DNA from: an uncultured Gammaproteobacteria bacterium
GTDB lineage: Bacteria > Patescibacteriota > Microgenomatia > Daviesbacterales > UBA10151
Length of the DNA stretch: 61,905 nucleotides
Assembly (NCBI GenBank): GCA_964551255.1
Contig: CAZKAW010000002.1
Coordinates: 1-61,905 of the forward strand
Direction: 5' to 3'
In this document: piece by piece, positions 26,583 to 36,449 of the stretch
Position numbering within the stretch: position 1 is the first letter of the stretch
Layout: every line of letters starts with the position of its first letter
The notes under the pieces: generated by a model
Database searches by the model: none
What the model saw: the letters and a program-made list of their open reading frames with translations, nothing else
Told to the model about the DNA's origin: nothing
Program-made: the position numbers and the translations under genes

Positions 26583-28466
26583 TTACAACTTAAATTTGAA
26601 CTCTTTATCCATATCTAATTTAAAATCTTCCACTTGTCTGCCGTTTAACTTAACTTTGTAACGAAAATCTTTGGCTCCCGGTTGCTTTTGAATTAGGAGC
26701 TTATATTCTCCTTTTGGATTATAAGAAATCTCATACTCTATCTCCATCTTTCTGCTATTTTGAGGCCTGACAGTAATAAAGGTCTCAAACACGCTTTTAT
26801 CAAGCTCATCCTCAATTTGTCTAACACTCTCTTCTGCTCCCTTCCCAGAAATTAATTTGCTGGCTTTGGGTACATAAAACCTGACATAATCTCTATTTAT
26901 TCCATTCAGCCAAATATTAAAGGGTTGGGGATTTTTATATTCTATGGTGATTTTCTTTCTAACTCCTTCGGGTTTGACATTTATTTCTTGTGTGACAGTT
27001 TGTTCAACATACAGATTAGATTTTCCTCCGGCAAAATTGGAATCATTAATATGTAAATAATCTCCCTCAAAATTATTAATTTGTCCGGTCCAATTTAGCA
27101 AAGATAAAGACTCCTGCAACTTATTATCATGCATATAAAACATGACATGTTTGTGACTAGCAAGTCTGGCCAAAGTCTCCAGCAGTTGAGGCAACTTTTC
27201 TACATCTGCTCCCACACTTCTTGCCAAAATTTGCTGCATTAGCACTCCTAGGATGGCCTTTCTGTCTTTTTCACCCTTGGCGGCAATCTCCGCATAATTT
27301 TCCAATTCAAAAATGACATTGGGACAATTGCATCTTTTATCCACTTCGGCGGAATACTTAGTTCCAAAAACATCAATTGGCCCTGTCACCTCTATCATCT
27401 CTTCCACCACTTGTGAATCAATAAATATTATTCCTTCAAAAGGCAGTCCTTCTCCCAAAAGCTGATACATTCTTTCAAACTCTTTGGCAGAAGTGGGTAC
27501 GTCAGGAGATATATTTGAATCCCTCATACTCCAAGCTGACCTTGGTTTTCCGGTTACTTCCGGCAAATACCTGACAATAGGGGATGGGGGAGAAAGAGGA
27601 CAAATTTTGGATAGACATACATTTAATAACTTTTCATCCAGCCGATAAATATCATCTGAGGTAGTAGCGTTAACTTGGCCGTTATCTATAGTTAAGGTGG
27701 CAAAGGCGGTCATAAATCCTCCGGTCGGTCTTATCTCCTTATCGTTTTGGAAAAGCAGCAAATAATTTTTGGCAGAAGGAATTCCTAAAGCAATGGGAGC
27801 TTGTTCCAAAGCCGGTTTTCCCTCTTTAACAGCCGTTGCTGCTCCTATCATAAAGTTTTTCAACACTTGTAAATTTCTCCTTATTTCCTTACCTTTAAAA
27901 CTGGAAGGGTATTTATCGGTATCGATATTTTTTACGGAATCCGCAGCCTTAACCAAATTACTTTCCACCTTGTCTAAAAAAGGAATGCTCTTTTCTAAAA
28001 GTTTAACCGCCTGGCTTACTCTGTCAGGTCCGCTTTTGGGGTAGCCGTCAAATCTAAGCTCTTGCTGGCCGGGAGCTAAATTTTCTAAAATAGTTTCCAA
28101 AGCAGTCAGTTCTTCTACACCTGCCTGAGAAAAACCTTTAAGGTCGGCGTAGTAGCCTCCCAGAAAAGGAATTATCTTAAGCCAAAAGAGAAAATTTAAT
28201 GAAATATTTACCTTCTGTAAACTATCTTTAATTTTGCGGCTTTCCTGTCTTAACTGATCAAAATTCTGATTTTTATAGGCGGAAGTTAAAGCCTGACCGT
28301 GAGAAGAAACTTCTTTTAATCCAAAATAAATAAATACGGAGGGAAGAACTAAGGCAACCAGTAAAATGACCAAAAGCACTGTTAACCTTCTGCCAAACCT
28401 ATTTTTTTTGTTAGCATAGTTTCCGCTATAAAGATTTATTTTTTTATTTAAGTTGGCAAATGCCAT
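26583..28466 (-). CDS. DUF4012-type membrane-anchored extracytoplasmic protein
   Basis: N-terminal TM helix and a large external domain. The motif NYLLLFQNDKEIRPTGGFMTAFATLTIDNGQV resembles the DUF4012 core as I remember it. Confidence 0.6.
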   Translation of the reverse strand: MAFANLNKKINLYSGNYANKKNRFGRRLTVLLVILLVALVLPSVFIYFGLKEVSSHGQALTSAYKNQNFDQLRQESRKIKDSLQKVNISLNFLFWLKIIPFLGGYYADLKGFSQAGVEELTALETILENLAPGQQELRFDGYPKSGPDRVSQAVKLLEKSIPFLDKVESNLVKAADSVKNIDTDKYPSSFKGKEIRRNLQVLKNFMIGAATAVKEGKPALEQAPIALGIPSAKNYLLLFQNDKEIRPTGGFMTAFATLTIDNGQVNATTSDDIYRLDEKLLNVCLSKICPLSPPSPIVRYLPEVTGKPRSAWSMRDSNISPDVPTSAKEFERMYQLLGEGLPFEGIIFIDSQVVEEMIEVTGPIDVFGTKYSAEVDKRCNCPNVIFELENYAEIAAKGEKDRKAILGVLMQQILARSVGADVEKLPQLLETLARLASHKHVMFYMHDNKLQESLSLLNWTGQINNFEGDYLHINDSNFAGGKSNLYVEQTVTQEINVKPEGVRKKITIEYKNPQPFNIWLNGINRDYVRFYVPKASKLISGKGAEESVRQIEDELDKSVFETFITVRPQNSRKMEIEYEISYNPKGEYKLLIQKQPGAKDFRYKVKLNGRQVEDFKLDMDKEFKFKL

Positions 28467-28467
28467 T

Positions 28468-29097
28468 TTAAACAGCTCCTTTTCCTGACAAAACAGCCGG
28501 AATGGTTTTTAATATAATCCAAAAATCATAAAGTAGTGATCTTTTTTTAACATACTGGGCATCCATTTTTACTCTTTTATCAAAGTTTATTTGAGACCTG
28601 CCAGTGACTTGCCAAAGACCTGTTAAACCCGGTTTTCCGGATAAGATTATCTTAACAAATTTTTTAGAATTAGGGTATTTTTCCTGTTGTTCCTCCAACT
28701 CATAGGGATAATATGCTCTTGGCCCCACAACACTCATATCACCTTTTAGGATATTAAAAAATTGAGGAAATTCATCAATGGAGAATCTGCGCAAAAACCT
28801 GCCGACCTTGGTGGTCCGGGGATCATTAAATATTTTGTAGCTATTTTTTTTATATTCTGCCAAAAGTTTGGGATTATTGTCTAAAACCTGCTGGGCATTT
28901 TGGACCATAGAACGAAACTTATGTATTTTAAAAAGTTTGCCTCCTTTACCGGCCCTCATCGGGGTATTGGCTAAAATCGGCCCGGGCGAGTCTAACTTAA
29001 TGGCCAGTGCCACCAGCAAAAGAAGAGGCGATAGTATAATTAGGGCAAAAATAGAACCCAAAATATCTACCAGTCTTTTAGAAAAAGCGTACATCAT
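28468..29097 (-). CDS. small monotopic phosphoglycosyl transferase (bacterial sugar transferase, PglC/WbaP C-terminal type)
   Basis: Has an N-terminal re-entrant helix. Also contains KFRSM, SIDEFPQFFNILKGDMSVVGPRA and GLTGLWQV. Confidence 0.85.
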   Translation of the reverse strand: MMYAFSKRLVDILGSIFALIILSPLLLLVALAIKLDSPGPILANTPMRAGKGGKLFKIHKFRSMVQNAQQVLDNNPKLLAEYKKNSYKIFNDPRTTKVGRFLRRFSIDEFPQFFNILKGDMSVVGPRAYYPYELEEQQEKYPNSKKFVKIILSGKPGLTGLWQVTGRSQINFDKRVKMDAQYVKKRSLLYDFWIILKTIPAVLSGKGAV

Positions 29098-29103
29098 CTT
29101 TTA

Positions 29104-30114
29104 TTAGTTTACCAAAGATACAACTACACTGGCAAAATCTTTTTTAAAAGCTTCTTTGCTAAAGCGTCTTGCACTCAATCGACAATCTAGCGGGTTAATA
29201 TTAGCAGACTCCAATTTTTTAATCGCCGCTACTAAAGATTCTACTTTCTGATCTTCAAAAAATATTCCGGTTTTACCCTCTATCACTGTTTCTAAAACTC
29301 CTCCTGCTTTGTAGGCAATTACCGGTTTACCCAAAGCCTGTATTTCCAAAGAAGACAAACCGAAATCTTCAATTCCGGGAATAAGCAGGGCTCTGGCTCC
29401 GGCCAAAATTGACATAACTATCTCATCCTCCAATTCTCCGCTGATTATTTTAAGCGGAATATTAAGATAATCGCATGCTGCTTGAGCTAAGTCCACTCTT
29501 TTGTATTTAGTGGGTCTGGCTGCTATTACCAAGTAACCTCCATCAAAAATTTCAATATCATCAAATCTATTAAGATCTACAAATGGATAAACAACTCGGG
29601 AGTCTCGAGCGTAGATTTTTTTAATTCTTTTTTTGGCATTTTCGGATCCGGCAATAAAATAATCTACTCTTCTGGCAGAAATTTGATCATATATTCTTAA
29701 TTTGCTCATTAGTATCTCTGCTGCTTCGTAGCTTTTCTCACCCGATAAATGCCAAAGGAATCTTGGGGGAGTGTGACAATAACAGAGATGCTTAGTTTGA
29801 GGTTTAGTAATAATAGATTTGGCAAATCTGGTAGTTTGGGAAATCACCAGATCGAACTTATCAAAATTAAACTGCTCAAAGGCTACAGGATAGAAGGGAA
29901 GCAAGGTTTTATAAAGGGATCTCCAGCCGGGAATATTTTGTAAAAAAGAAGTGATAATCTGCTTAGAGCTAAACTGTTTCGCCAGTACGGTGTTAGTAGA
30001 ATCATAAACAGAAGTAAAAATGGGAGCCCGGGGAAACATCTCACAAAGACCCAAAAGCACCCTCTCTGCTCCACCCCACTGCACCAAATCATCATGCACT
30101 AAAGCTATCCGCAT
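29104..30114 (-). CDS. GT4-family (GT-B) glycosyltransferase
   Basis: Contains MRIALVHDDLVQWGGAERV and the C-terminal EDFGLSSLEIQALGKPVIA (E-x7-E-like). Confidence 0.75.
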   Translation of the reverse strand: MRIALVHDDLVQWGGAERVLLGLCEMFPRAPIFTSVYDSTNTVLAKQFSSKQIITSFLQNIPGWRSLYKTLLPFYPVAFEQFNFDKFDLVISQTTRFAKSIITKPQTKHLCYCHTPPRFLWHLSGEKSYEAAEILMSKLRIYDQISARRVDYFIAGSENAKKRIKKIYARDSRVVYPFVDLNRFDDIEIFDGGYLVIAARPTKYKRVDLAQAACDYLNIPLKIISGELEDEIVMSILAGARALLIPGIEDFGLSSLEIQALGKPVIAYKAGGVLETVIEGKTGIFFEDQKVESLVAAIKKLESANINPLDCRLSARRFSKEAFKKDFASVVVSLVN

Positions 30115-31223
30115 GTTTTGTAAACCTCCAAAGTTTGTCCGGCCAACTTTTCCCAGCTGAATAATTTTATTCTTCGTTTGCCCTTTTTAATAAGTTGTTT
30201 TCTTAACTGCCCTGAATTTAAAACTTGTTTTATTTTATCTGCCATATCTTCCAGGTTATGAGGATTAAAATATAACGGGGCTTTTCCCCCCACTTCTTGT
30301 AAGGAGCCGGAATTTGAGGAAACATCGGGACAAGAACAAGCCATTGCCTCAAGCAGGGGAATTCCAAACCCTTCTTCAAAAGACGGCAGTACGAACATTT
30401 GAGCATTTTTATAAAAGGCTACCAGCTCGCTATCCGAAACAAAACCGGTATAAATTATATTCTTCTGTTGATTCTCTTTTTTTAATCTTTCCCAAAAATA
30501 GTGATCATATCCGCAAAGGACTAAGTTCAAATCCTTATATTTAGTTTTCAACCTTAGAAATACTTTAATCAACCCTTCGACATTTTTGTGAGGATGTGCA
30601 TTACCAACATAAAAAATATACGGGTATTCTATATTAAATTTCTTAATTGCCTGATAACTCTCTTTTGGGGACATACGAGTATTAATGGACAAAATATTAT
30701 CATCCACTGCCTCCGGTGTAACGGTAATTTTTTCTTCATTTACTTTCCACTCTGAAGTCAAAAGGCTTTGAACATATTTTGAAGGAGTTAAGATTTGGCA
30801 GGACCTGGTAACAGCATTTCTAAAAACTCTTCTATAACCTATTTGTTTTATCTTAAAAGCAAAGGGGCTTAAGGTAGTAGCTCTTTTCATTGAGTGATGC
30901 TGATGTATTAAATCATGTATAGTGACAACAAATTTTCCTCCATAGAAAATGGGGACATTGAAATGGGGAAAGTGAACCAAATCAAGTTTATAAAAGTCTA
31001 ATAGTTTGGGAAGGTTAAATTGTTCGGTAAAGGAATACCAGCTAAAATCGGCCAAGACTTTTGTAAAATTTTTGCTTTCACTAAATTCTTTAAAATCTTT
31101 AGGCAATAAAAAAATAAAATACTGATTTTTGCTATCTAAAACTTTTAAATTTTTAATTAGATTTCTTAAATATCTGCCTACTCCGGACTCATTGTAAAAT
31201 CTGGCGTCAATTCCAATCTTCAT
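30105..31223 (-). CDS. GT4-family glycosyltransferase
   Basis: Contains PSFEEGFGIPLLEAMACSCPDV (E-x7-E) and a typical GT-B two-domain length. Confidence 0.8.
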   Translation of the reverse strand: MKIGIDARFYNESGVGRYLRNLIKNLKVLDSKNQYFIFLLPKDFKEFSESKNFTKVLADFSWYSFTEQFNLPKLLDFYKLDLVHFPHFNVPIFYGGKFVVTIHDLIHQHHSMKRATTLSPFAFKIKQIGYRRVFRNAVTRSCQILTPSKYVQSLLTSEWKVNEEKITVTPEAVDDNILSINTRMSPKESYQAIKKFNIEYPYIFYVGNAHPHKNVEGLIKVFLRLKTKYKDLNLVLCGYDHYFWERLKKENQQKNIIYTGFVSDSELVAFYKNAQMFVLPSFEEGFGIPLLEAMACSCPDVSSNSGSLQEVGGKAPLYFNPHNLEDMADKIKQVLNSGQLRKQLIKKGKRRIKLFSWEKLAGQTLEVYKTCG

Positions 31224-32413
31224 CCTCCGCCTCTCCCTACATCTTCATAAATTCGGCTTAATTTTTCTGCTATGGCATCCCAGGCATATTTTTCCCGGAC
31301 CAACTTTTTAGCATTTCGGGCAATCTTTTTGGAAAGATCACGGTTTTTAATCAGTTCAACAGCGGCAAGGGCAATCTCCTCCGGACTATCCCTGATGATA
31401 ACATCAACTCCATCTTTGGCGTCTGTTCCCCTGATACCTATTGAAGTCGTGACCACCGGAAGACCGGAAGCAAAGGCTTCAAAATTTTTGTAGCGCGTTC
31501 CTCCGCCTCCGTAAATTGGCGCCACCAGTACACTTGCCTGTTGATAAACCTCTCTGACATCGGTAACTTCCTTAACAATAATTCTCTCTGAAGCCAACTT
31601 GGGAAAAAATTTACCGGCATCCTTGCCAATTATCCAAAGCTTAGCTGAGGAAATTTGTGAATTTATGACAGGCCAAACTTTGTCTATTAATATTTTTACT
31701 GCTTCTCTATTTTGCAACCAGGTAAAGTTACCCAAATATAAAATAATGGCTTTCTTTGGACGAGCTTTTATTTTTTTGCTAAAATATTTACTGTCAACTC
31801 CATTAGGAACAATGTCTACATCCAGTAATGGAGTTTGAAGATGCATAATCTGCTTATCTTCCCAGGACATAGCCACTACTCTGCTGGCTCTACTCCAAAA
31901 ATTTCTCTCCCAGTATTTCATCTTTAAAACATCAAGGTACAAAAGGGGCCTTAATGGCAATAGCGGGTGACTTTCCGCATAATGCCTATAAACTAAGTAC
32001 TCAATAGTTTGTTCTACCAGCAGTATGGGAATTTTAGTTTCCGGGATGTGAGGCATGACATAAAAAGTCTCTGCATGAATCAGGTCAAAATTTTCCTCTT
32101 TTAGCTTTTTTTCAATTGCACTCTTTTCTCCTGTAGCCCAATTTCTAACAACCAAAAAAGGGAAAAAACTAAGACCTGTTCTTAGAATATTAATAAATGT
32201 CCAAGGCTTCTCAGACCTGTTAAAAACCTGTACTTCACTGCAGTATTTTTCCAGCTCTCCCACATACTTTCTCTCCGCATCATTTTTAACCAGACAAAAT
32301 AAAGCAACTTTGTGACCTAAAGATGATAGTCTTTTGATTAAATTATAAGAGCGGGTTTGTCCACCGGTTAAAAGCGGGTAAGGTAAGTATGGAGTAAGCA
32401 TCAAAACTCTCAT
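31220..32413 (-). CDS. GT4-family glycosyltransferase
   Basis: The N-terminus MRVLMLTPYLPYPLLTGGQTRSYNL is typical. The C-terminal domain carries GGGGTRYKNFEAFASGLPVV. Confidence 0.8.
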   Translation of the reverse strand: MRVLMLTPYLPYPLLTGGQTRSYNLIKRLSSLGHKVALFCLVKNDAERKYVGELEKYCSEVQVFNRSEKPWTFINILRTGLSFFPFLVVRNWATGEKSAIEKKLKEENFDLIHAETFYVMPHIPETKIPILLVEQTIEYLVYRHYAESHPLLPLRPLLYLDVLKMKYWERNFWSRASRVVAMSWEDKQIMHLQTPLLDVDIVPNGVDSKYFSKKIKARPKKAIILYLGNFTWLQNREAVKILIDKVWPVINSQISSAKLWIIGKDAGKFFPKLASERIIVKEVTDVREVYQQASVLVAPIYGGGGTRYKNFEAFASGLPVVTTSIGIRGTDAKDGVDVIIRDSPEEIALAAVELIKNRDLSKKIARNAKKLVREKYAWDAIAEKLSRIYEDVGRGGG

Positions 32414-32415
32414 AA

Positions 32416-33873
32416 TTAAGGCTCCGGATCTAATCTACTAAAATCCTTTTTTAATCTGGTTAAATCCGCAATTACATAATCTGAAGTTTGCCAAATGGGA
32501 TAGAAGTGTCTTAAAACCCAATTAGTCCTGCCGTCATAACTGGTTGATACATAGTAGTTTACTCCATAGTCCGCAATTAAATCTCGAATTGAAGTTGGAA
32601 CATAAGCCCATCCGGCCCTGTTGGTCTGGTATAAAAAGGCAGTATCACCTCCGTATGGGGCTAAAACTATGGCATTTTTGGGTACCATCTCATCTACTTT
32701 CTTTCCTGCCTCAACCATTGAAGGGTTATTCACTTTATAAAATTCACTTACTGTTTTATATCCAAAATAGATAGCAAGAATGTATAGTAGAAGTGCCAAA
32801 AAAATAGTAAATATTCTGGGAACAAAAAATTTTTCTCCTTTAATTAAAGCTGCAAATCCTAAGGATACAAAAGCAGATGCAACCGGCACAAATATCAGCT
32901 GGTAATAATTATGCCTGACATTTCCTGTTGCAAAAACAATAAAATATAAAAACAATGATAAAGTCCAAAGATGCAGAAAATAATTTCCATTTTTAGGTTT
33001 TAATACCAGTCCCAGGAAAAATAAAACTAAACCCGTTGCTCCTAAGACTTCCCTACCCATCCTTTCCGAAACAATCCACCACCAAAATGAGGGACGAAAA
33101 CGGATATTGTCGCCGTTAGCTAACCAGGAAGAAGCCGGAATCCCGGAGGGCATTTGTTGTATCCAAAGCCGCCAGAAAATAAATGGGAATACTGCAAATA
33201 TAGACAATATGAGAAAAACCTTAAACTTTTTATTTTTAAGGGCTAAATATAAAAGCGGCAGATAGAAAAAAATTGCCCAGGGTTTTATTAAAAAAGCTAT
33301 CGAGGTAAATATATATCCCAAAAGCATAAACCTCTTCCCCTTTTTTTCCAGCCACTCTCCCACAAAATACATCATTCCCAGAGCAAAGAAAATAAAGGTA
33401 GGTTCCGGCAAAGTTGACCGAGAAAAGAAAACATTAAAAGGCAGTATGGTAAAAGTTAGCGCAGCAAATGCGGCGACAAATTTGGAAGAATACTTTTTAA
33501 TTATAAAGTATAAAAACACCGTACTTCCTAAGGAAAAAAGTATTGACACTAATCGGTGATATTTTTCGTCAATCCCAAAAATTAAATAAAAAGGATAAAC
33601 CGCGATATTGTAAATAGGGAACTCTACAAAACGATACCTTGCCGGGTTGGCTACGGGCCGCTCGGCAACAGGAGACATATCATCATATTTTGGTTTGAGA
33701 GGATTAAAGCCTTCCTTAATAAAATTTCTGGTGACGGCTGCCGTATCTGCTTGTCTCCAGGAATGCCAGTCAGCAATAGGTGAATCTATTTTATAAAGCC
33801 TCAGAAGAAAACCAATAATTAACAGTAAAGCAAGCCAAAAATATGTTTTTCTGAAAATTTTTATAATTATCAT
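32416..33873 (-). CDS. GT-C fold membrane glycosyltransferase (ArnT/PMT, COG1807-like)
   Basis: About 11 TM helices. The first external loop carries ADWHSWRQADTAAVTRNF. A C-terminal soluble domain is present. Confidence 0.65.
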   Translation of the reverse strand: MIIIKIFRKTYFWLALLLIIGFLLRLYKIDSPIADWHSWRQADTAAVTRNFIKEGFNPLKPKYDDMSPVAERPVANPARYRFVEFPIYNIAVYPFYLIFGIDEKYHRLVSILFSLGSTVFLYFIIKKYSSKFVAAFAALTFTILPFNVFFSRSTLPEPTFIFFALGMMYFVGEWLEKKGKRFMLLGYIFTSIAFLIKPWAIFFYLPLLYLALKNKKFKVFLILSIFAVFPFIFWRLWIQQMPSGIPASSWLANGDNIRFRPSFWWWIVSERMGREVLGATGLVLFFLGLVLKPKNGNYFLHLWTLSLFLYFIVFATGNVRHNYYQLIFVPVASAFVSLGFAALIKGEKFFVPRIFTIFLALLLYILAIYFGYKTVSEFYKVNNPSMVEAGKKVDEMVPKNAIVLAPYGGDTAFLYQTNRAGWAYVPTSIRDLIADYGVNYYVSTSYDGRTNWVLRHFYPIWQTSDYVIADLTRLKKDFSRLDPEP

Positions 33874-35303
33874 TTATTTTTTAATATGCCAATATTTAAC
33901 CCGAGAATCATCCAAAATAAAGATGCTACTTTTGAAGCCTCAAATACGTCAATAAAAACTCCGTTTACTAAAAATACAATTATTATAGAAAGAGTCCCTG
34001 CAGAGAAAAATCTGATTAGCCTATCTTCTGCTTTTATACCCGGATAAATTCTTTTCCAAATTGCCAGTAAAACTAAAAAGAAAGAAATTGTACCCAAAAT
34101 CCCTACCTCACCTAAAGATCTTAAGAAATCGTTATCAGTTGCTATCCCTAAAGACGAATATCCTGTTCCCAAAAGAGGATTTTTGAAAAAGGCATTTATC
34201 GCTCTGGGCCACTCAATATTAAGCCTTATCTCAAAAGATCTGTAAACAGCCAGTTCAGTTTCATCAATTGGTTCTCCGGGAGCTATGTCAACCGGTATAC
34301 CGGCCGAAGGGCTGACAAAAGCGGTACCGGAGGCTGAGCGGCTGGCAATTCTGTAGTAGAGTGTTGGAATATTCAGTTTATTTTCTAACCTTTGGTTTAT
34401 ATTTCTTCCCTCATATCTTTGTCCTAAATTCAGTAAGTTTACTGTGATGGTAGATAGGAGCCTGTCTCTAAGTTGAGAGGGATAAAAAGCAATAAGAAGA
34501 ACAGCAGTAAAAAGTAATAAGAGATATTTTTTCTTTTTGGAGAATATTAAGGAAAATACTAACCCGACAAAAGCTGCTACAAACGAGACCCTGGCTGCTG
34601 TCATTACTAAAACAATTGTAGAAACCGTACCCAAAATTAAAATTACTGGCAAAACTCTCTTCCTGAAGGCAAACAGTAATGTTGACAGTAATATTAAAAC
34701 TATATTTAAAAAGACGGCTAAATCATAATGCCCAGCAAAAGTTGAGTTAACCCTGGCCCCGGGGGTTAGCTTAAGGGGAAGCCCCTTAGCAAACTCCGAA
34801 TTAGTGGTAGAGACAACGGGCCACTCCAAATATTTCTGTCCTAATGCGTATAAATTGACCGCTATCACCGTTAATAACAAAACTAAAAGAGCAAGCATCA
34901 ATCTTTTGCGGGTAGTAAAAATCGTGGCAACAACTGGAAGAAGCAGTATAAACTCAATCCTTCTTAAAAAGTGCAGAATGCCTAAATGAGGGGTAATGGT
35001 ATGTGTCAAAAAAACTGCTGAAAAAAGGGAAATGCTTCCTATAAAGAAAAGGGTTATCAGGGATTTACCAATATTATTTTTGGTAAAAAATGAAAACTGC
35101 TTATTCATAATTACATAGACTATCCACCCTCCGATGGCTGCGGCCACCAGTAAATCTTCCAATCTTACTGCAACGAAAGTTCCTGAAACGGCCAAAAGCG
35201 GAAACTTAGGGTAAAGAGGGATAAAGGCAAATAAAAACAAGGTAAGAAACAATAAAGTTTTGTCTAATACTTTTATAATTTTTTCCTTATTCATTTCTGA
35301 CAA
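33870..35303 (-). CDS. O-antigen ligase / Wzy_C family polytopic membrane protein
   Basis: Polytopic membrane protein. Contains MTAARVSF and the loop LLGTGYSSLGIATDNDFLRSLGEVGILG, characteristic of Wzy_C. Confidence 0.65.
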   Translation of the reverse strand: MSEMNKEKIIKVLDKTLLFLTLFLFAFIPLYPKFPLLAVSGTFVAVRLEDLLVAAAIGGWIVYVIMNKQFSFFTKNNIGKSLITLFFIGSISLFSAVFLTHTITPHLGILHFLRRIEFILLLPVVATIFTTRKRLMLALLVLLLTVIAVNLYALGQKYLEWPVVSTTNSEFAKGLPLKLTPGARVNSTFAGHYDLAVFLNIVLILLSTLLFAFRKRVLPVILILGTVSTIVLVMTAARVSFVAAFVGLVFSLIFSKKKKYLLLLFTAVLLIAFYPSQLRDRLLSTITVNLLNLGQRYEGRNINQRLENKLNIPTLYYRIASRSASGTAFVSPSAGIPVDIAPGEPIDETELAVYRSFEIRLNIEWPRAINAFFKNPLLGTGYSSLGIATDNDFLRSLGEVGILGTISFFLVLLAIWKRIYPGIKAEDRLIRFFSAGTLSIIIVFLVNGVFIDVFEASKVASLFWMILGLNIGILKNK

Positions 35304-35838
35304 TACTCCTTCCCAATTTCCAAAGCTGCTGTATGGAAATGATTATCCCAAACCACATCAGCACTCTAACAACTAAGTTGGAGGTATATAACCTTAGGGT
35401 GGTTTTTGTATACCAGATTTTATCTCCTTCATTCAGCTTGGGCGCGCCCCAAAATACCGGGGTGCCGTTAGGATGATAATTTTCAAACCCATTTACATAA
35501 AGGGAGTCTCTCAAGGGATAAACAAATTCTTCAAGATATGTAGTATCTGTAGGTTTTTTTATTACTGTCCAGGAATATTCGGGAGGATGGTTTAGTCTTA
35601 TCGGCGGAAAAGGAAAATGAGAATTTTCTTGATAGTTTTTATAATAAAAAGGTACCACAAAATTTCTAAAATTGTTTGAAAAATAAGCCGACACATTGGG
35701 AATTTGAACGGTATCTCCCGAAAGAGTAGATTTGGCAGAGTTTGGTAAAGGTTTAAGATCGGAAATTTCTCCCGGTCCCGGCCAAATCATGTAAATAAAA
35801 AGGATTACGGAAAATAGAATGAAAATTTTTTTAATCAT
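35287..35838 (-). CDS. hypothetical bitopic membrane protein
   Basis: N- and C-terminal TM helices flank a domain of about 130 aa rich in aromatic residues. No family was recognised. Confidence 0.4.
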   Translation of the reverse strand: MIKKIFILFSVILFIYMIWPGPGEISDLKPLPNSAKSTLSGDTVQIPNVSAYFSNNFRNFVVPFYYKNYQENSHFPFPPIRLNHPPEYSWTVIKKPTDTTYLEEFVYPLRDSLYVNGFENYHPNGTPVFWGAPKLNEGDKIWYTKTTLRLYTSNLVVRVLMWFGIIISIQQLWKLGRSIVRNE

Positions 35839-36437
35839 TGAAATAATCTGGCTCGACCAAGTCTGTAGTGAAGGTTTTCTATTTTTCTCTTCCCGATAAC
35901 TTGCGCCGGAACTCCGCCTACTATCTTAGATTCCTCAACATCCTTTGTCACTACTGCTCCTGCTGCTACTATAGCTCCTTTCCCGATTTTGACACCGGGC
36001 AAGATAATTGCTCTCGGGCCAATAAAAACATAATCCCCTATTTCAACAGGAGCAGTTGTCGCATGGAAATCTTCCGAGTTTATATCATGCTCGCTGTTTA
36101 GAATTATTACGTCCGAGGCAATATCAACATGATTTCCAATAATCAGTTTATCCCTGCCGTCTAAAAAGGCGTTTTGGCCAATGATCGTACCCTCACCAAT
36201 ATCAACCTGAGCCGGATTAAAAAATTGAGCTCCCATGTGTATTCTTGAACCTTTTCCTATAATTACCCCGGCCGCTTTGTAAACAAACAGACGAAAGAGG
36301 TGAGAAGGTACTAAACCAGACAGTCTCACAACCAGCAGTTCAAAATCCAAAAACCAATTGGAAAATCTATCAACTATCTTTTGGAAAGCCTCATCGGCAC
36401 TCAATGACTTTCCCATTCTATCGTGAAATAATGCCAT
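35835..36437 (-). CDS. left-handed beta-helix (hexapeptide repeat) O-acetyltransferase
   Basis: Hexapeptide repeats run through IGEGTIIGQNAFLDGRDKLIIGNHVDIASDVIIL...IGDYVFIGPRAIILPGVKIGKGAIVAAGAVV. Confidence 0.8.
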   Translation of the reverse strand: MALFHDRMGKSLSADEAFQKIVDRFSNWFLDFELLVVRLSGLVPSHLFRLFVYKAAGVIIGKGSRIHMGAQFFNPAQVDIGEGTIIGQNAFLDGRDKLIIGNHVDIASDVIILNSEHDINSEDFHATTAPVEIGDYVFIGPRAIILPGVKIGKGAIVAAGAVVTKDVEESKIVGGVPAQVIGKRKIENLHYRLGRARLFQ

Positions 36438-36449
36438 AAATAAATTATA

